From Eledone cirrhosa (Eukaryota): a DNA stretch of 64,000 nucleotides. This document shows positions 12,401 to 26,580 of this stretch, in pieces (position 1 is the first letter of the stretch; each line of letters begins with the position of its first letter). The notes beneath the pieces are model-generated. The model saw only the letters and a program-made list of their open reading frames with translations, was not told the origin of the DNA and did no database searches. Both the position numbers and the translations under genes were made by a program. The stretch is taken from the NCBI GenBank assembly GCA_964016885.1, contig OZ024754.1, positions 19,902,001 through 19,966,000 of the forward strand, written 5' to 3'.

Positions 12401-15400
12401 ACTCTTCCATGATATAGTTACTTTAGTTTCAACACATTCACAGATCAAGTCACTTGCCAGACATGTACAACTGTGGCTAAAATGACTATCCATGATATAG
12501 TTACTTTAGTTTCAACACAGTCTCAGATCAAATCACTTACCAGACATGTACAACTGTTGCTAAAATGACTCTTCCATGATATAGTTACTTTAGTTTCAAC
12601 ACAGTCTCAGACAAGTCACTTACCAGACATGTACTACTGTGGCTAAAATGACTCTTCCATGATATAGTTACTTTAGTTTCAACACAGTCTCAGATCAAGT
12701 CACTTGCCAGACATGTACAACTGTGGCTAAATTGACTCTTCCATGATATAGTTACTTTAGTTTCAACACATTCACAGATCAAGTCACTTGCCAGACATGT
12801 ACAACTGTGGCTAAAATGACTATCCATGATATAGTTACTTTAGTTTCAACACAGACACAGATCAAGTCACTTGCCAGACATGTACAAGTGTAGCAAAAAT
12901 GACTCTTCAATGATATAGTTACTTTAGTTTCAACACAATCTCAGATCAAGTCACTTGCCAGGGATGTACAACTGTAACTAAAATGATTCTTCCATGATAT
13001 AGTTACTTTAGTTTGAACACAGTCTTAGATCAAGTCACTGACCAGACATGTACAACTGTGGCTAAAATGACTCTTCCATGATATAGTTACTTTAGTTTCA
13101 ACACATTCACAGATCAAGTCACTTGCCAGACATGTACAACTGTGGCTAAAATGACTATCCATGATATAGTTACCTCAGTTTCAACACAATCTCAGATGAA
13201 GTCACTTACCATACATGTACAACTGTGGCTAGAATGACTCTTCCATGATATAGTTACTTTAGTTTTAACACAATCTCAGATCAAGTCACTTGCCAGACAT
13301 GTACAACTGTAGCTAAAATGACTCTTCCATGATATAGTTACTTTAGTTTGAACACAGTCTTAGATCAAGTCACTTGCCAGACATGTACAACTGTGGCTAA
13401 AATAACTCTTCCATGATATAGTTACTTTAGTTTCAACACAGTCTCAGATAAAGTCACTTGCCAGACATCTACAACTGTGGCTAAAATGACTCTTCCATGA
13501 TATAGTTACTTTAGTTTCAACACAATCTCAGATCAAGTCACTTACCATACATGTACAACTGTGGCTAGAATGACTCTTCCATGATATAGTTACTTTAGTT
13601 TCAACACAATCTCAGATCAAGTTACTTGCCAGACATGTACAACTGTGGCTAAAATGACTCTTCCATGATATAGTTACTTTAGTTTCAACACAATCTCAGA
13701 TCAAATCACTTACCATACATGTACAACTGTGGCTAAAATGACTCTTCCATGATATAGTTACTTTAGTTTGAACACAGTCTTAGAGCAAGTCACTTGCCAA
13801 ACATGTACAACTGTGGCTAAAATGACTCTTCCATGATATAGTTACTTTAGTTTCAACACATTCACAGATCAAATCACTTGCCAGACATGTACAACTGTGG
13901 CTAAAATGACTATCCATGATATAGTTACCTTAGTTTCAACACAGTCACAGATCATGACACTTAGCAGACATGTAAAACTGTAGCTATCATGACTCTTCCA
14001 TGATATAGTTACTTTAGTTTCAACACAGTCTCAGATCAAGTCACTTGCCAGACATGTACAACTGTAGCTATCATGACTCTTCCATGATAGAGTTACTTTA
14101 GTTTCAACACAGTCTCAGATCAAGTCACTTGCCAGACATGTACAACTGTGACTAAAATGACTCTTCCATGATATAGTTACTTTAGTTTCAACACAATCTC
14201 AGATCAAGTCACTTACCATACATGTACAACTGTGGCTAGAATGACTCTTCCATGATATAGTTACTTTAGTTTCAACACAATCTCAGATCAAGTCACTTGC
14301 CAGACATGTACAACTGTGGCTAAAATGACTCTTCCATGATATAGTTACTTTAGTTTCAACACAATCTCAGATGAAGTCACTTACCATACATGTACAAATG
14401 TGGCTAGAATGACTCTTCCATGATATAGTTACTTTAGTTTCAACACAATCTCAGATCAAGTCACTTGCCAGACATGTACAACTGTGGCTAAAATGACTCT
14501 TCCATGATATAGTTACTTTAGTTTCAACACAATCTTAGATCAAGTCACCTGCCAGACATGTACAACTGTGGCTAAAATGACTCTTCCATGATATAGTTAC
14601 TTTAGTTTGAACACAGTCTTAGATCAAGTCACTTATCAGACATGTACAGGTGTGGCTAAAATGACTCTTCCATGATATAGTTACTTTAGTTTGAACACAG
14701 TCTTAGAGCAAGTCACTTGCCAGACATGTACAACTGTGGCTAAAATGACTCTTCCATGATATAGTTACTTTAGTTTCAACACATTCACAGATGAAGTCAC
14801 TTGCCAGACATGTACAACTGTGGCTAAAATGACTATCCATGATATAGTTACCTTAGTTTCAACACAGTCACAGATCATGACACTTACCAGACATGTAAAA
14901 CTGTAGCTATCATGACTCTTTCATGATATAGTTACTTTAGTTTGAACACAGTCTTAGATCAAGTCACTTGCCAGACATGTACAACTGTGGCTAAAATAAC
15001 TCTTCCATGATATAGATACTTTAGTTTCAACACAGTCTCAGATAAAGTCACTTGCCAGACATCTACAACTGTGGCTAAAATGACTCTTCCATGATATAGT
15101 TACTTTAGTTTCAACACAGTCTCAGATCAAGTCACTTGCCAGACATATACAACTGTGGCTAAAATGACTCTTCCATGATATATTTACTTTAGTTTCAACA
15201 CAATCTCAGATCAAGTCAGTTACCATACATGTACAACTGTCGCTAGAATGACTCTTCCATGATATAGTTACTTTAGTTTGAACACAGTCTTAGAGCAAGT
15301 CACTTGCCAAACATGTACAGCTGTGGCTAAAATGACTCTTCCATGATATAGTTACTTTAGTTTCAACACATTCACAGATCAAGTCACTTGCCAGACATGT

Positions 15401-17357
15401 ACAACTGTGGCTAAAATGACTATCCATGATATAGTTACCTTAGTTTCAACACAGTCACAGATCATGACACTTACCAGACATGTAAAACTGTAGCTATCAT
15501 GACTCTTCCATGATATAGTTACTTTAGTTTCAACACAGTCTCAGATCAAGTCACTTGCCAGACATGTACAACTGTAGCTATCATGACTCTTCCATGATAT
15601 AGTTACTTTAGTTTCAACACAGTCTCAGATCAAGTCACTTGCCAGACATGTACAACTGTGGCTAAAATGACTCTTCCATGATATAGTTACTTTAGTTTCA
15701 ACACAATCTCAGATCAAGTCACTTACCATACATGTACAACTGTGGCTAGAATGACTCTTCCATGATATAGTTACTTTAGTTTCAACACAATCTCAGATCA
15801 AGTCACTTGCCAGATATGTACAACTGTGGCTAAAATGACTCTTCCATGATATAGTTACTTTAGTTTCAACACAATCTCAGATGAAGTCACTTACCATACA
15901 TGTACAAATGTGGCTAGAATGACTCTTCCATGATATAGTTACTTTAGTTTCAACACAATCTCAGACCAAGTCACTTGCCAGACATGTACATCTGTGGCTA
16001 AAATGACTCTTCCATGATATAGTTACTTTAGTTTCAACACAATCTTAGATAAAGTCACCTGCCAGACATGTACAACTGTGGCTAAAATGACTCTTCCATG
16101 ATATAGTTACTTTAGTTTGAACACAGTCTTAGATCAAGTCACTTATCAGACATGTACACGTGTGGCTAAAATGACTCTTCCATGATATAGTTACTTTAGT
16201 TTGAACACAGTCTTAGAGCAAGTCACTTGCCAGACATGTACAACTGTGGCTAAAATGACTCTTCCATGATATAGTTACTTTAGTTTCAACACATTCACAG
16301 ATGAAGTCACTTGCCAGACATGTACAACTGTGGCTAAAATGACTATCCATGATATAGTTACCTTAGTTTCAACACAGTCACAGATCATGACACTTACCAG
16401 ACATGTAAAACTGTAGCTATCATGACTCTTCCATGATATAGTTACTTTAGTTTCAACACAGTCTCAGATCAAGTCACTTACCAGACATGTACAACTGTTG
16501 CTAAAATGACTCTTCCATGATATAGTTACTTTAGTTTCAACACAGTCTCAGATCAAGTCACTTACCAGACATGTACAACTGTTGCTAAAATGACTCTTCC
16601 ATGATATAGTTACTTTAGTTTCAACACAGTCTCAGATCAAGTCACTTACCAGACATGTACTACTGTGGCTAAAATGACTCTTCCATGAAATAGTTACTTT
16701 AGTTTCAACACAGTCTCAGATCAAGTCACTTGCCAGACATGTACAACTGTGGCTAAATTGACTCTTCCATGATATAGTTACTTTAGTTTCAACACAGTCT
16801 CAGATCAAGTCACTTGCCAGACGTGTACAACTGTGGCTAAAATGACTCTTCCATGATATAGTTACTTTAGTTTCAACACATTCACAGATCAAGTCACTTG
16901 CCAGACATGTACAACTGTGGCTAAAATGACTATCCATGATATAGTTACTTTAGTTTCAACACAGACACAGATCAAGTCACTTGCCAGACATGTACAAGTG
17001 TAGCAAAAATGACTCTTCAATGATATAGTTACTTTAGTTTCAACACAATCTCAGATCAAGTCACTTGCCAGACATGTACAACTGTGGCTAAAATGAGTCT
17101 TCCATGATATAGTTACTTTAGTTTCAACACAATCTCAGATCAAGTCACTTACCATACATGTACAACTGTGGCTAGAATGACTCTTCCATGATATAGTTAC
17201 TTTAGTTTCAACACAGTTTCAGATCAAGTCACTTGCCAGACGTGTACAACTGTGGCTAAAATGACTCTTCCATGATATAGTTACTTTAGTTTCAACACAT
17301 TCACAGATCAAGTCACTTGCCAGACATGTACAACTGTGGCTAAAATGACTATCCATG
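420..17357. repeat. 58-monomer (4,863-bp) HOR in three copies: 420-5282, 5283-12494 (expanded), 12495-17357
   Basis: Rare markers recur at offsets of 4,863 or 7,212 (=4,863+2,349): CTCAGACAAG at 531/5394/12606, CATGAAATAG at 4609/11821/16684, ACAGGTGTGG at 2571/7434/9783/14646. Confidence 0.88.
6959..11656. repeat. 28-monomer (2,349-bp) tandem duplication inside HOR copy 2
   Basis: ACAGGTGTGG occurs at 7434 and 9783. The monomer order restarts at 9308, matching the order from 6959. Confidence 0.85.
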
Positions 17358-19880
17358 ATATAGTTACTTTAGTTTCAACACAGACACAGATCAAGTCACT
17401 TGCCAGACATGTACAAGTGTAGCAAAAATGACTCATCAATGATATAGTTACTTTACTTTCAACACAGTCTCAGATCAAGTCACTTGCCAGACATGTGCAA
17501 CTGTGGCTAAAATGACTCTTCCATGTTACAGTTACTTTAGTTTGAACACAGTCTTAGATCAAGTCACTGACCAGACATGTACAACTGTGGCTAAAATGAC
17601 TCTTCCATGATATAATTACTTTAGTTTCAACACATTCACAGATCAAGTCACTTGCCAGACATGTACAACTGTGGCTAAAATGACTATCCATGATATAGTT
17701 ACCTTAGTTTCAACACAGTCACAGATCATGACACTTACCAGACATGTAAAACTGTAGCTATCATGACTCTTCCATGATATAGTTACTTTAGTTTCAACAC
17801 AGTCTCAGATCAAGTCACTTGCCAGACATGTACAACTGTAGCTATCATGACTCTTCCATGATATAGTTACTTTAGTTTCAACACAGTCTCAGATCAAGTC
17901 ACTTGCCAGACATGTACAACTGTGGCTAAAATGACTCTTCCATGATATAGTTACTTTAGTTTCAACACAATCTCAGATCAAGTCACTTACCATACATGTA
18001 CAACTGTGGCTAGAATGACTCTTCCATGATATAGTTACTTTAGTTTCAACACAATCTCAGATCAAGTCACTTGCCAGATATGTACAACTGTGGCTAAAAT
18101 GACTCTTCCATGATATAGTTACTTTAGTTTCAACACAATCTCAGATGAAGTCACTTACCATACATGTACAAATGTGGCTAGAATGACTCTTCCATGATAT
18201 AGTTACTTTAGTTTCAACACAATCTCAGACCAAGTCACTTGCCAGACATGTACATCTGTGGCTAAAATGACTCTTCCATGATATAGTTACTTTAGTTTCA
18301 ACACAATCTTAGATAAAGTCACCTGCCAGACATGTACAACTGTGGCTAAAATGACTCTTCCATGATATAGTTACTTTAGTTTGAACACAGTCTTAGATCA
18401 AGTCACTTATCAGACATGTACACGTGTGGCTAAAATGACTCTTCCATGATATAGTTACTTTAGTTTGAACACAGTCTTAGAGCAAGTCACTTGCCAGACA
18501 TGTACAACTGTGGCTAAAATGACTCTTCCATGATATAGTTACTTTAGTTTCAACACATTCACAGATGAAGTCACTTGCCAGACATGTACAACTGTGGCTA
18601 AAATGACTATCCATGATATAGTTACCTTAGTTTCAACACAGTCACAGATCATGACACTTACCAGACATGTAAAACTGTAGCTATCATGACTCTTCCATGA
18701 TATAGTTACTTTAGTTTCAACACAGTCTCAGATCAAGTCACTTACCAGACATGTACAACTGTTGCTAAAATGACTCTTCCATGATATAGTTACTTTAGTT
18801 TCAACACAGTCTCAGATCAAGTCACTTACCAGACATGTACAACTGTTGCTAAAATGACTCTTCCATGATATAGTTACTTTAGTTTCAACACAGTCTCAGA
18901 TCAAGTCACTTACCAGACATGTACTACTGTGGCTAAAATGACTCTTCCATGAAATAGTTACTTTAGTTTCAACACAGTCTCAGATCAAGTCACTTGCCAG
19001 ACATGTACAACTGTGGCTAAATTGACTCTTCCATGATATAGTTACTTTAGTTTCAACACAGTCTCAGATCAAGTCACTTGCCAGACGTGTACAACTGTGG
19101 CTAAAATGACTCTTCCATGATATAGTTACTTTAGTTTCAACACATTCACAGATCAAGTCACTTGCCAGACATGTACAACTGTGGCTAAAATGACTATCCA
19201 TGATATAGTTACTTTAGTTTCAACACAGACACAGATCAAGTCACTTGCCAGACATGTACAAGTGTAGCAAAAATGACTCTTCAATGATATAGTTACTTTA
19301 GTTTCAACACAATCTCAGATCAAGTCACTTGCCAGACATGTACAACTGTGGCTAAAATGAGTCTTCCATGATATAGTTACTTTAGTTTCAACACAATCTC
19401 AGATCAAGTCACTTACCATACATGTACAACTGTGGCTAGAATGACTCTTCCATGATATAGTTACTTTAGTTTCAACACAGTTTCAGATCAAGTCACTTGC
19501 CAGACGTGTACAACTGTGGCTAAAATGACTCTTCCATGATATAGTTACTTTAGTTTCAACACATTCACAGATCAAGTCACTTGCCAGACATGTACAACTG
19601 TGGCTAAAATGACTATCCATGATATAGTTACTTTAGTTTCAACACAGACACAGATCAAGTCACTTGCCAGACATGTACAAGTGTAGCAAAAATGACTCAT
19701 CAATGATATAGTTACTTTACTTTCAACACAGTCTCAGATCAAGTCACTTGCCAGACATGTGCAACTGTGGCTAAAATGACTCTTCCATGTTACAGTTACT
19801 TTAGTTTGAACACAGTCTTAGATCAAGTCACTGACCAGACATGTACAACTGTGGCTAAAATGACTCTTCCATGATATAAT
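15350..19880. repeat. 27-monomer (2,264-bp) tandem duplication
   Basis: CATGAAATAG at 16684/18948 and ATATAATTAC at 17610/19874 both give an offset of 2,264. Confidence 0.82.
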
Positions 19881-22800
19881 TACTTTAGTTTCAACACATT
19901 CACAGATCAAGTCACTTGCCAGACATGTACAACTGTGGCTAAAATGACTATCCATGATATAGTTACTTTAGTTTCAACACAGACACAGATCAAGTCACTT
20001 GCCAGACATGTACAAGTGTAGCAAAAATGACTCATCAATGATATAGTTACTTTACTTTCAACACAGTCTCAGATCAAGTCACTTGCCAGACATGTGCAAC
20101 TGTGGCTAAAATGACTCTTCCATGTTACAGTTACTTTAGTTTCAACACAATCTCAGATCAAGTCACTTACCATACATGTACAACTGTGGCTAAAATGACT
20201 CTTCCATGATATAGTTACTTTAGTTTCAACACAATCTTAGATCAAGTCACTTGCCAGACATGTACAACTGTGGCTAAAATTACTCTTCCATGATATAGTT
20301 ACTTTAGTTTCAACACAATCTCAGATCAAGTCACTTACCATACATGTACAACTGTGGCTAGAATGACTCTTCCATGATATAGTTACTTTAGTTTCAACAC
20401 AGTCTTAGAGCAAGTCACTTGCCAGACATGTACAACTGTGGCTAAAATGACTCTTCCATGATATAGTTACTTTAGTTTCAACACATTCACAGATCAAGTC
20501 ACTTGCCAGACATGTACAACTGTGGCTAAAATGACTATCCATGATATAGTTACCTTAGTTTCAACACAGTCACAGATCAAGACACTTACCAGACATGTAA
20601 AACTGTAGCTAACATGACTCTTCCATGATATAGTTACTTTAGTTTCAACACAGTCTCAGATCAAGTCACTTGTCAGACATGTACAACTGTGGCTAAAATG
20701 ACTCTTCCATGATATAGTTACTTTAGTTTGAACACAGTCTTAGATCAAGTCACTTGCCAGACATGTACAACCGTGGCTAAAATAACTCTTCCATGATATA
20801 GTTACTTTAGTTTCAACACAATCTCAGATCAAGTCACTTACCATACATGTACAACTGTGGCTAGAATGACTCTTCCATGATATAGTTACTTTAGTTTCAA
20901 CACAATCTCAGATCAAGTCACTTGCCAGACATGTGCAACTGTGGCTAGGATGACTCCTCAATGATATAGTTACTTTAGTTTCAACACAATCTCAGATCAA
21001 GTCACTTGCCAGACATGTGCAACTGTGGCTAGAATGACTCTTCAATGATATAGTTACTTTAGCTTCAACACAATCTCAGATCCAGTCACTTGCCAGACAT
21101 CTACAACTGGGGCTAAAATGACTCTTCCATGATACAGTTACTTTAGTTTTAACACAGACTTAGATCAAGTCACTGACCAGACATGTACAACTGTGGCTAA
21201 AATGACTCTTCCATGATATAGTTACTTTAGTTTCAACACATTCACAGATCAAGTCACTTGCCAGACATGTACAACTGTGGCTAAAATGACTATCCATGAT
21301 ATAGTTACTTTAGTTTCAACACAGTCACAGATCATGACACTTACCAGACATGTAAAACTGTAGCTAACATGACTCTTCCATGATATAGTTACTTTAGTTT
21401 CAACACAGTCTCAGATCAAGTCACTTGCCAGACTTGTATAACTGTTGCTAAAATGATTCTTCCATGATATAGTTACTATAGTTTCAACACATTCACAGAT
21501 CAAGTCACTTGCCAGACATGTACAACTGTGGCAAAAATGACTATCCATGATATAGTTACTTTAGTTTCAACACAGACACTGATCAAGTCACTTGCCAGAC
21601 ATGTACAAGTGTAGCAAAAATGACTCTTCAATGATATAGTTACTTTAGTTTCAACACAATCTCAGATCAAGTCACTTGCCAGGGATGTTCAACTGTAACT
21701 AAAATGATTCTTCCATGATATAGTTACTTTAGTTTCAACACAATCTCAGATCAAGTCACTTGCTAGACATGTGCAACTGTGGCTAAAATGACTCTTCCAT
21801 GATACAGTTACTTTAGTTTGAACACAGTCTTAGATCAAGTCACTGACCAGACATGTACTACTGTGGCTAAAATGACTCTTCCATGATATAGTTACTTTAG
21901 TTTCAACACATTCACAGATCAAGTCACTTGCCAGACATGTACAACTGTGGCTAAAATGTCTATCCATGATATAGTTACTTTAGTTTCAACACAATCTCAG
22001 ATCAAGTCATTTGCCAGACATCTACAACTGTGGCTAAAATGACTCTTCCATGATATAGTTACTTTAGTTTCAACACAGTCTCAGATCAATCCACTTGCCA
22101 GACATGTACAACTGTGGCTAAATTGACTCTTCCATGATATAGTTACTTTAGTTTCAACACAATCTCAGATCAAGTCACTTACCATACATGTACGACTGTG
22201 GCTAGAATGATTCTTCCATGATATAGTTACTTTAGTTTCAACACAATCTCAGATCAAGTCACTTGCCAGACATGTGCAACTGTGGCTAGAATGACTCTTC
22301 AATGATATAGTTACTTTAGCTTCAACACAATCTCAGATCCAGTCACTTGCCAGACATCTACAACTGGGTCTAAAATGACTCTTCCATGATATAGTTACTT
22401 TAGTTTCAACACAGTCTCAGATCAAGTCACTTACCAGACATGTACAACTGTTGCTAAAATGACTCTTCCATGATATAGTTACTTTAGTTTCAACACAGTC
22501 TCAGATCAAGTCACTTACCAGACATGTACAACTGTGGCTAAAATGACTCTTCCATGATATAGTTACTTTAGTTTCAACACAGTCTCAGATCAAGTCACTT
22601 GCCAGACATGTACAACTGTGGCTAAAATGACTCTTCCATGATATAGTTACTTTAGTTTCAACACAGTCTCAGATCAATTCACTTGCCAGACGTGTACAAC
22701 TGTGGCTAAAATGACTCTTCCATGATATAGTTACTTTAGTTTCAACACATTCACAGATCAAGTCACTTGCCAGACATGTACAACTGTGGCTAAAATGACT

Positions 22801-25800
22801 ATCCATGATATAGTTACTTTAGTTTCAACACAGACACAGATCAAGTCACTTGCCAGACATGTACAAGTGTAGCTAAAATGACTCTTCAATGATATAGTTA
22901 CTTTAGTTTCAACACAATCCCAGATCAAGTCACTTGCCAGGGATGTACAACTGTGGCTAAAATGACTCTTCCATGATATAGTTACTTTAGTTTCAACACA
23001 GTTTCAGATGAAGTCACTTGCCAGACATGTACAACTGTGGCTAATATGACTCTTCCATGATATAGTTACTTTAGTTTCAACACAGTCACAGATCAGGTCA
23101 CTTGCCAGACATGTACAATTGTGGCTAAAATGACTCTTCCATGATATAGTTACATTAGCTTCAACACAGTCTCAGATCAAGTCACTTACCAGACATGTAC
23201 AACTGTGGCTAAAATGACTATCCATGATATAGTTACTTTAGTTTCAACACAGACACAGTTCAAGTCACTTGCCAGACATGTACAAGTGTAGCAAAAATGA
23301 CTCATCAATGATATAGTTACTTTACTTTCAACACAGTCTCAGATCAAGTCACTTGCCAGACATGTGCAACTGTGGCTAAAATGACTCTTCCATGTTACAG
23401 TTACTTTAGTTTCAACACAATCTCAGATCAAGTCACTTACCATACATGTACAACTGTGGCTAGAATGACTCTTCCATGATATAGTTACTTTAGTTTCAAC
23501 ACAATCTCAGATCAAGTCACTTGCCAGACATGTACAACTGTGGCTAAAATGACTCTTCCATGATATAGTTACTTTAGTTTCAACACAATCTCAGATCAAG
23601 TCACTTACCATACATGTACAACTGTGGCTAAAATGACTCTTCCATGATATAGTTACTTTAGTTTCAACACAATCTTAGATCAAGTCACTTGCCAGACATG
23701 TACAACTGTGGCTAAAATTACTCTTCCATGATATAGTTACTTTAGTTTCAACACAATCTCAGATCAAGTCACTTACCATACATGTACAACTGTGGCTAGA
23801 ATGACTCTTCCATGATATAGTTACTTTAGTTTCAACACAGTCTTAGAGCAAGTCACTTGCCAGACATGTACAACTGTGGCTAAAATGACTCTTCCATGAT
23901 ATAGTTACTTTAGTTTCAACACATTCACAGATCAAGTCACTTGCCAGACATGTACAACTGTGGCTAAAATGACTATCCATGATATAGTTACCTTAGTTTC
24001 AACACAGTCACAGATCAAGACACTTACCAGACATGTAAAACTGTAGCTAACATGACTCTTCCATGATATAGTTACTTTAGTTTCAACACAGTCTCAGATC
24101 AAGTCACTTGTCAGACATGTACAACTGTGGCTAAAATGACTCTTCCATGATATAGTTACTTTAGTTTGAACACAGTCTTAGATCAAGTCACTTGCCAGAC
24201 ATGTACAACCGTGGCTAAAATAACTCTTCCATGATATAGTTACTTTAGTTTCAACACAGTCTCAGATAAAGTCACTTGCCAGACATCTACAACTGTGGCT
24301 AAAATGACTCTTCCATGATATAGTTACTTTAGTTTCAACACAGTCTCAGATCAAGTCACTTGCCAGACATGTACAACTGTAGCTAAAATGACTCTTCCAT
24401 GATATAGTTACTTTAGTTTCAACACAATCTCAGATCAAGTCACTTACCATACATGTACAACTGTGGCTAGAATGACTCTTCCATGATATAGTTACTTTAG
24501 TTTCAACACAATCTCAGATCAAGTCACTTGCCAGACATGTGCAACTGTGGCTAGGATGACTCCGCAATGATATAGTTACTTTAGTTTCAACACAATCTCA
24601 GATCAAGTCACTTGCCAGACATGTGCAACTGTGGCTAGAATGACTCTTCAATGATATAGTTACTTTAGCTTCAACACAATCTCAGATCCACTCACTTGCC
24701 AGACATCTACAACTGGGGCTAAAATGACTCTTCCATGATACAGTTACTTTAGTTTTAACACAGACTTAGATCAAGTCACTGACCAGACATGTACAACTGT
24801 GGCTAAAATGACTCTTCCATGATATAGTTACTTTAGTTTCAACGCATTCACAGATCAAGTCACTTGCCAGACATGTACAACTGTGGCTAAAATGACTATC
24901 CATGATATAGTTACTTTAGTTTCAACACAGTCACAGATCATGACACTTACCAGACATGTAAAACTGTAGCTAACATGACTCTTCCATGATATAGTTACTT
25001 TAGTTTCAACACAGTCTCAGATCAAGTCACTTGCCAGACGTGTATAACTGTTGCTAAAATGATTCTTCCATGATATAGTTACTTTAGTTTCAACACAATC
25101 TCAGATCAAGTCACTTGCTAGACATGTGCAACTGTGGCTAAAATGACTCTTCCATGATACAGTTACTTTAGTTTGAACACAGTCTTAGATCAAGTCACTG
25201 ACCAGACATGTACAACTGTGGCTAAAATGACTCTTCCATGATATAGTTACTTTAGTTTCAACACATTCACAGATCAAGTCACTTGCCAGACATGTACAAC
25301 TGTGGCTAAAATGTCTATCCATGATATAGTTACTTTAGTTTCAACACAATCTCAGATCAAGTCATTTGCCAGACATCTACAACTGTGGCTAAAATGACTC
25401 TTCCATGATATAGTTACTTTAGTTTCAACACAGTCTCAGATCAATCCACTTGCCAGACATGTACAACTGTGGCTAAATTGACTCTTCCATGATATAGTTA
25501 CTTTAGTTTCAACACAATCTCAGATCAAGTCACTTACCATACATGTACGACTGTGGCTAGAATGATTCTTCCATGATATAGTTACTTTAGTTTCAACACA
25601 ATCTCAGATCAAGTCACTTGCCAGACATGTGCAACTGTGGCTAGAATGACTCTTCAATGATATAGTTACTTTAGCTTCAACACAATCTCAGATCCAGTCA
25701 CTTGCCAGACATCTACAACTGGGTCTAAAATGACTCTTCCATGATATAGTTACTTTAGTTTCAACACAGTCTCAGATCAAGTCACTTACCAGACATGTAC

Positions 25801-26580
25801 AACTGTTGCTAAAATGACTCTTCCATGATATAGTTACTTTAGTTTCAACACAGTCTCAGATCAAGTCACTTACCAGACATGTACAACTGTGGCTAAAATG
25901 ACTCTTCCATGATATAGTTACTTTAGTTTCAACACAGTCTCAGATCAAGTCACTTGCCAGACATGTACAACTGTGGCTAAAATGACTCTTCCATGATATA
26001 GTTACTTTAGTTTCAACACAGTCTCAGATCAATTCACTTGCCAGACGTGTACAACTGTGGCTAAAATGACTCTTCCATGATATAGTTACTTTAGTTTCAA
26101 CACATTCACAGATCAAGTCACTTGCCAGACATGTACAACTGTGGCTAAAATGACTATCCATGATATAGTTACTTTAGTTTCAACACAGACACAGATCAAG
26201 TCACTTGCCAGACATGTACAAGTGTAGCTAAAATGACTCTTCAATGATATAGTTACTTTAGTTTCAACACAATCCCAGATCAAGTCACTTGCCAGGGATG
26301 TACAACTGTGGCTAAAATGACTCTTCCATGATATAGTTACTTTAGTTTCAACACAGTTTCAGATGAAGTCACTTGCCAGACATGTACAACTGTGGCTAAT
26401 ATGACTCTTCCATGATATAGTTACTTTAGTTTCAACACAGTCACAGATCAGGTCACTTGCCAGACATGTACAATTGTGGCTAAAATGACTCTTCCATGAT
26501 ATAGTTACATTAGCTTCAACACAGTCTCAGATCAAGTCACTTACCAGACATGTACAACTGTGGCTAAAATGACTCTTCCA
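19875..26580. repeat. ~40-monomer (3,355-bp) tandem duplication with internal monomer gains and losses
   Basis: GGGTCTAA at 22366/25721 and ACATTAGCT at 23152/26507 give an offset of 3,355. GGGGCT at 21109/24715 gives 3,606, a 3-monomer difference. Confidence 0.8.
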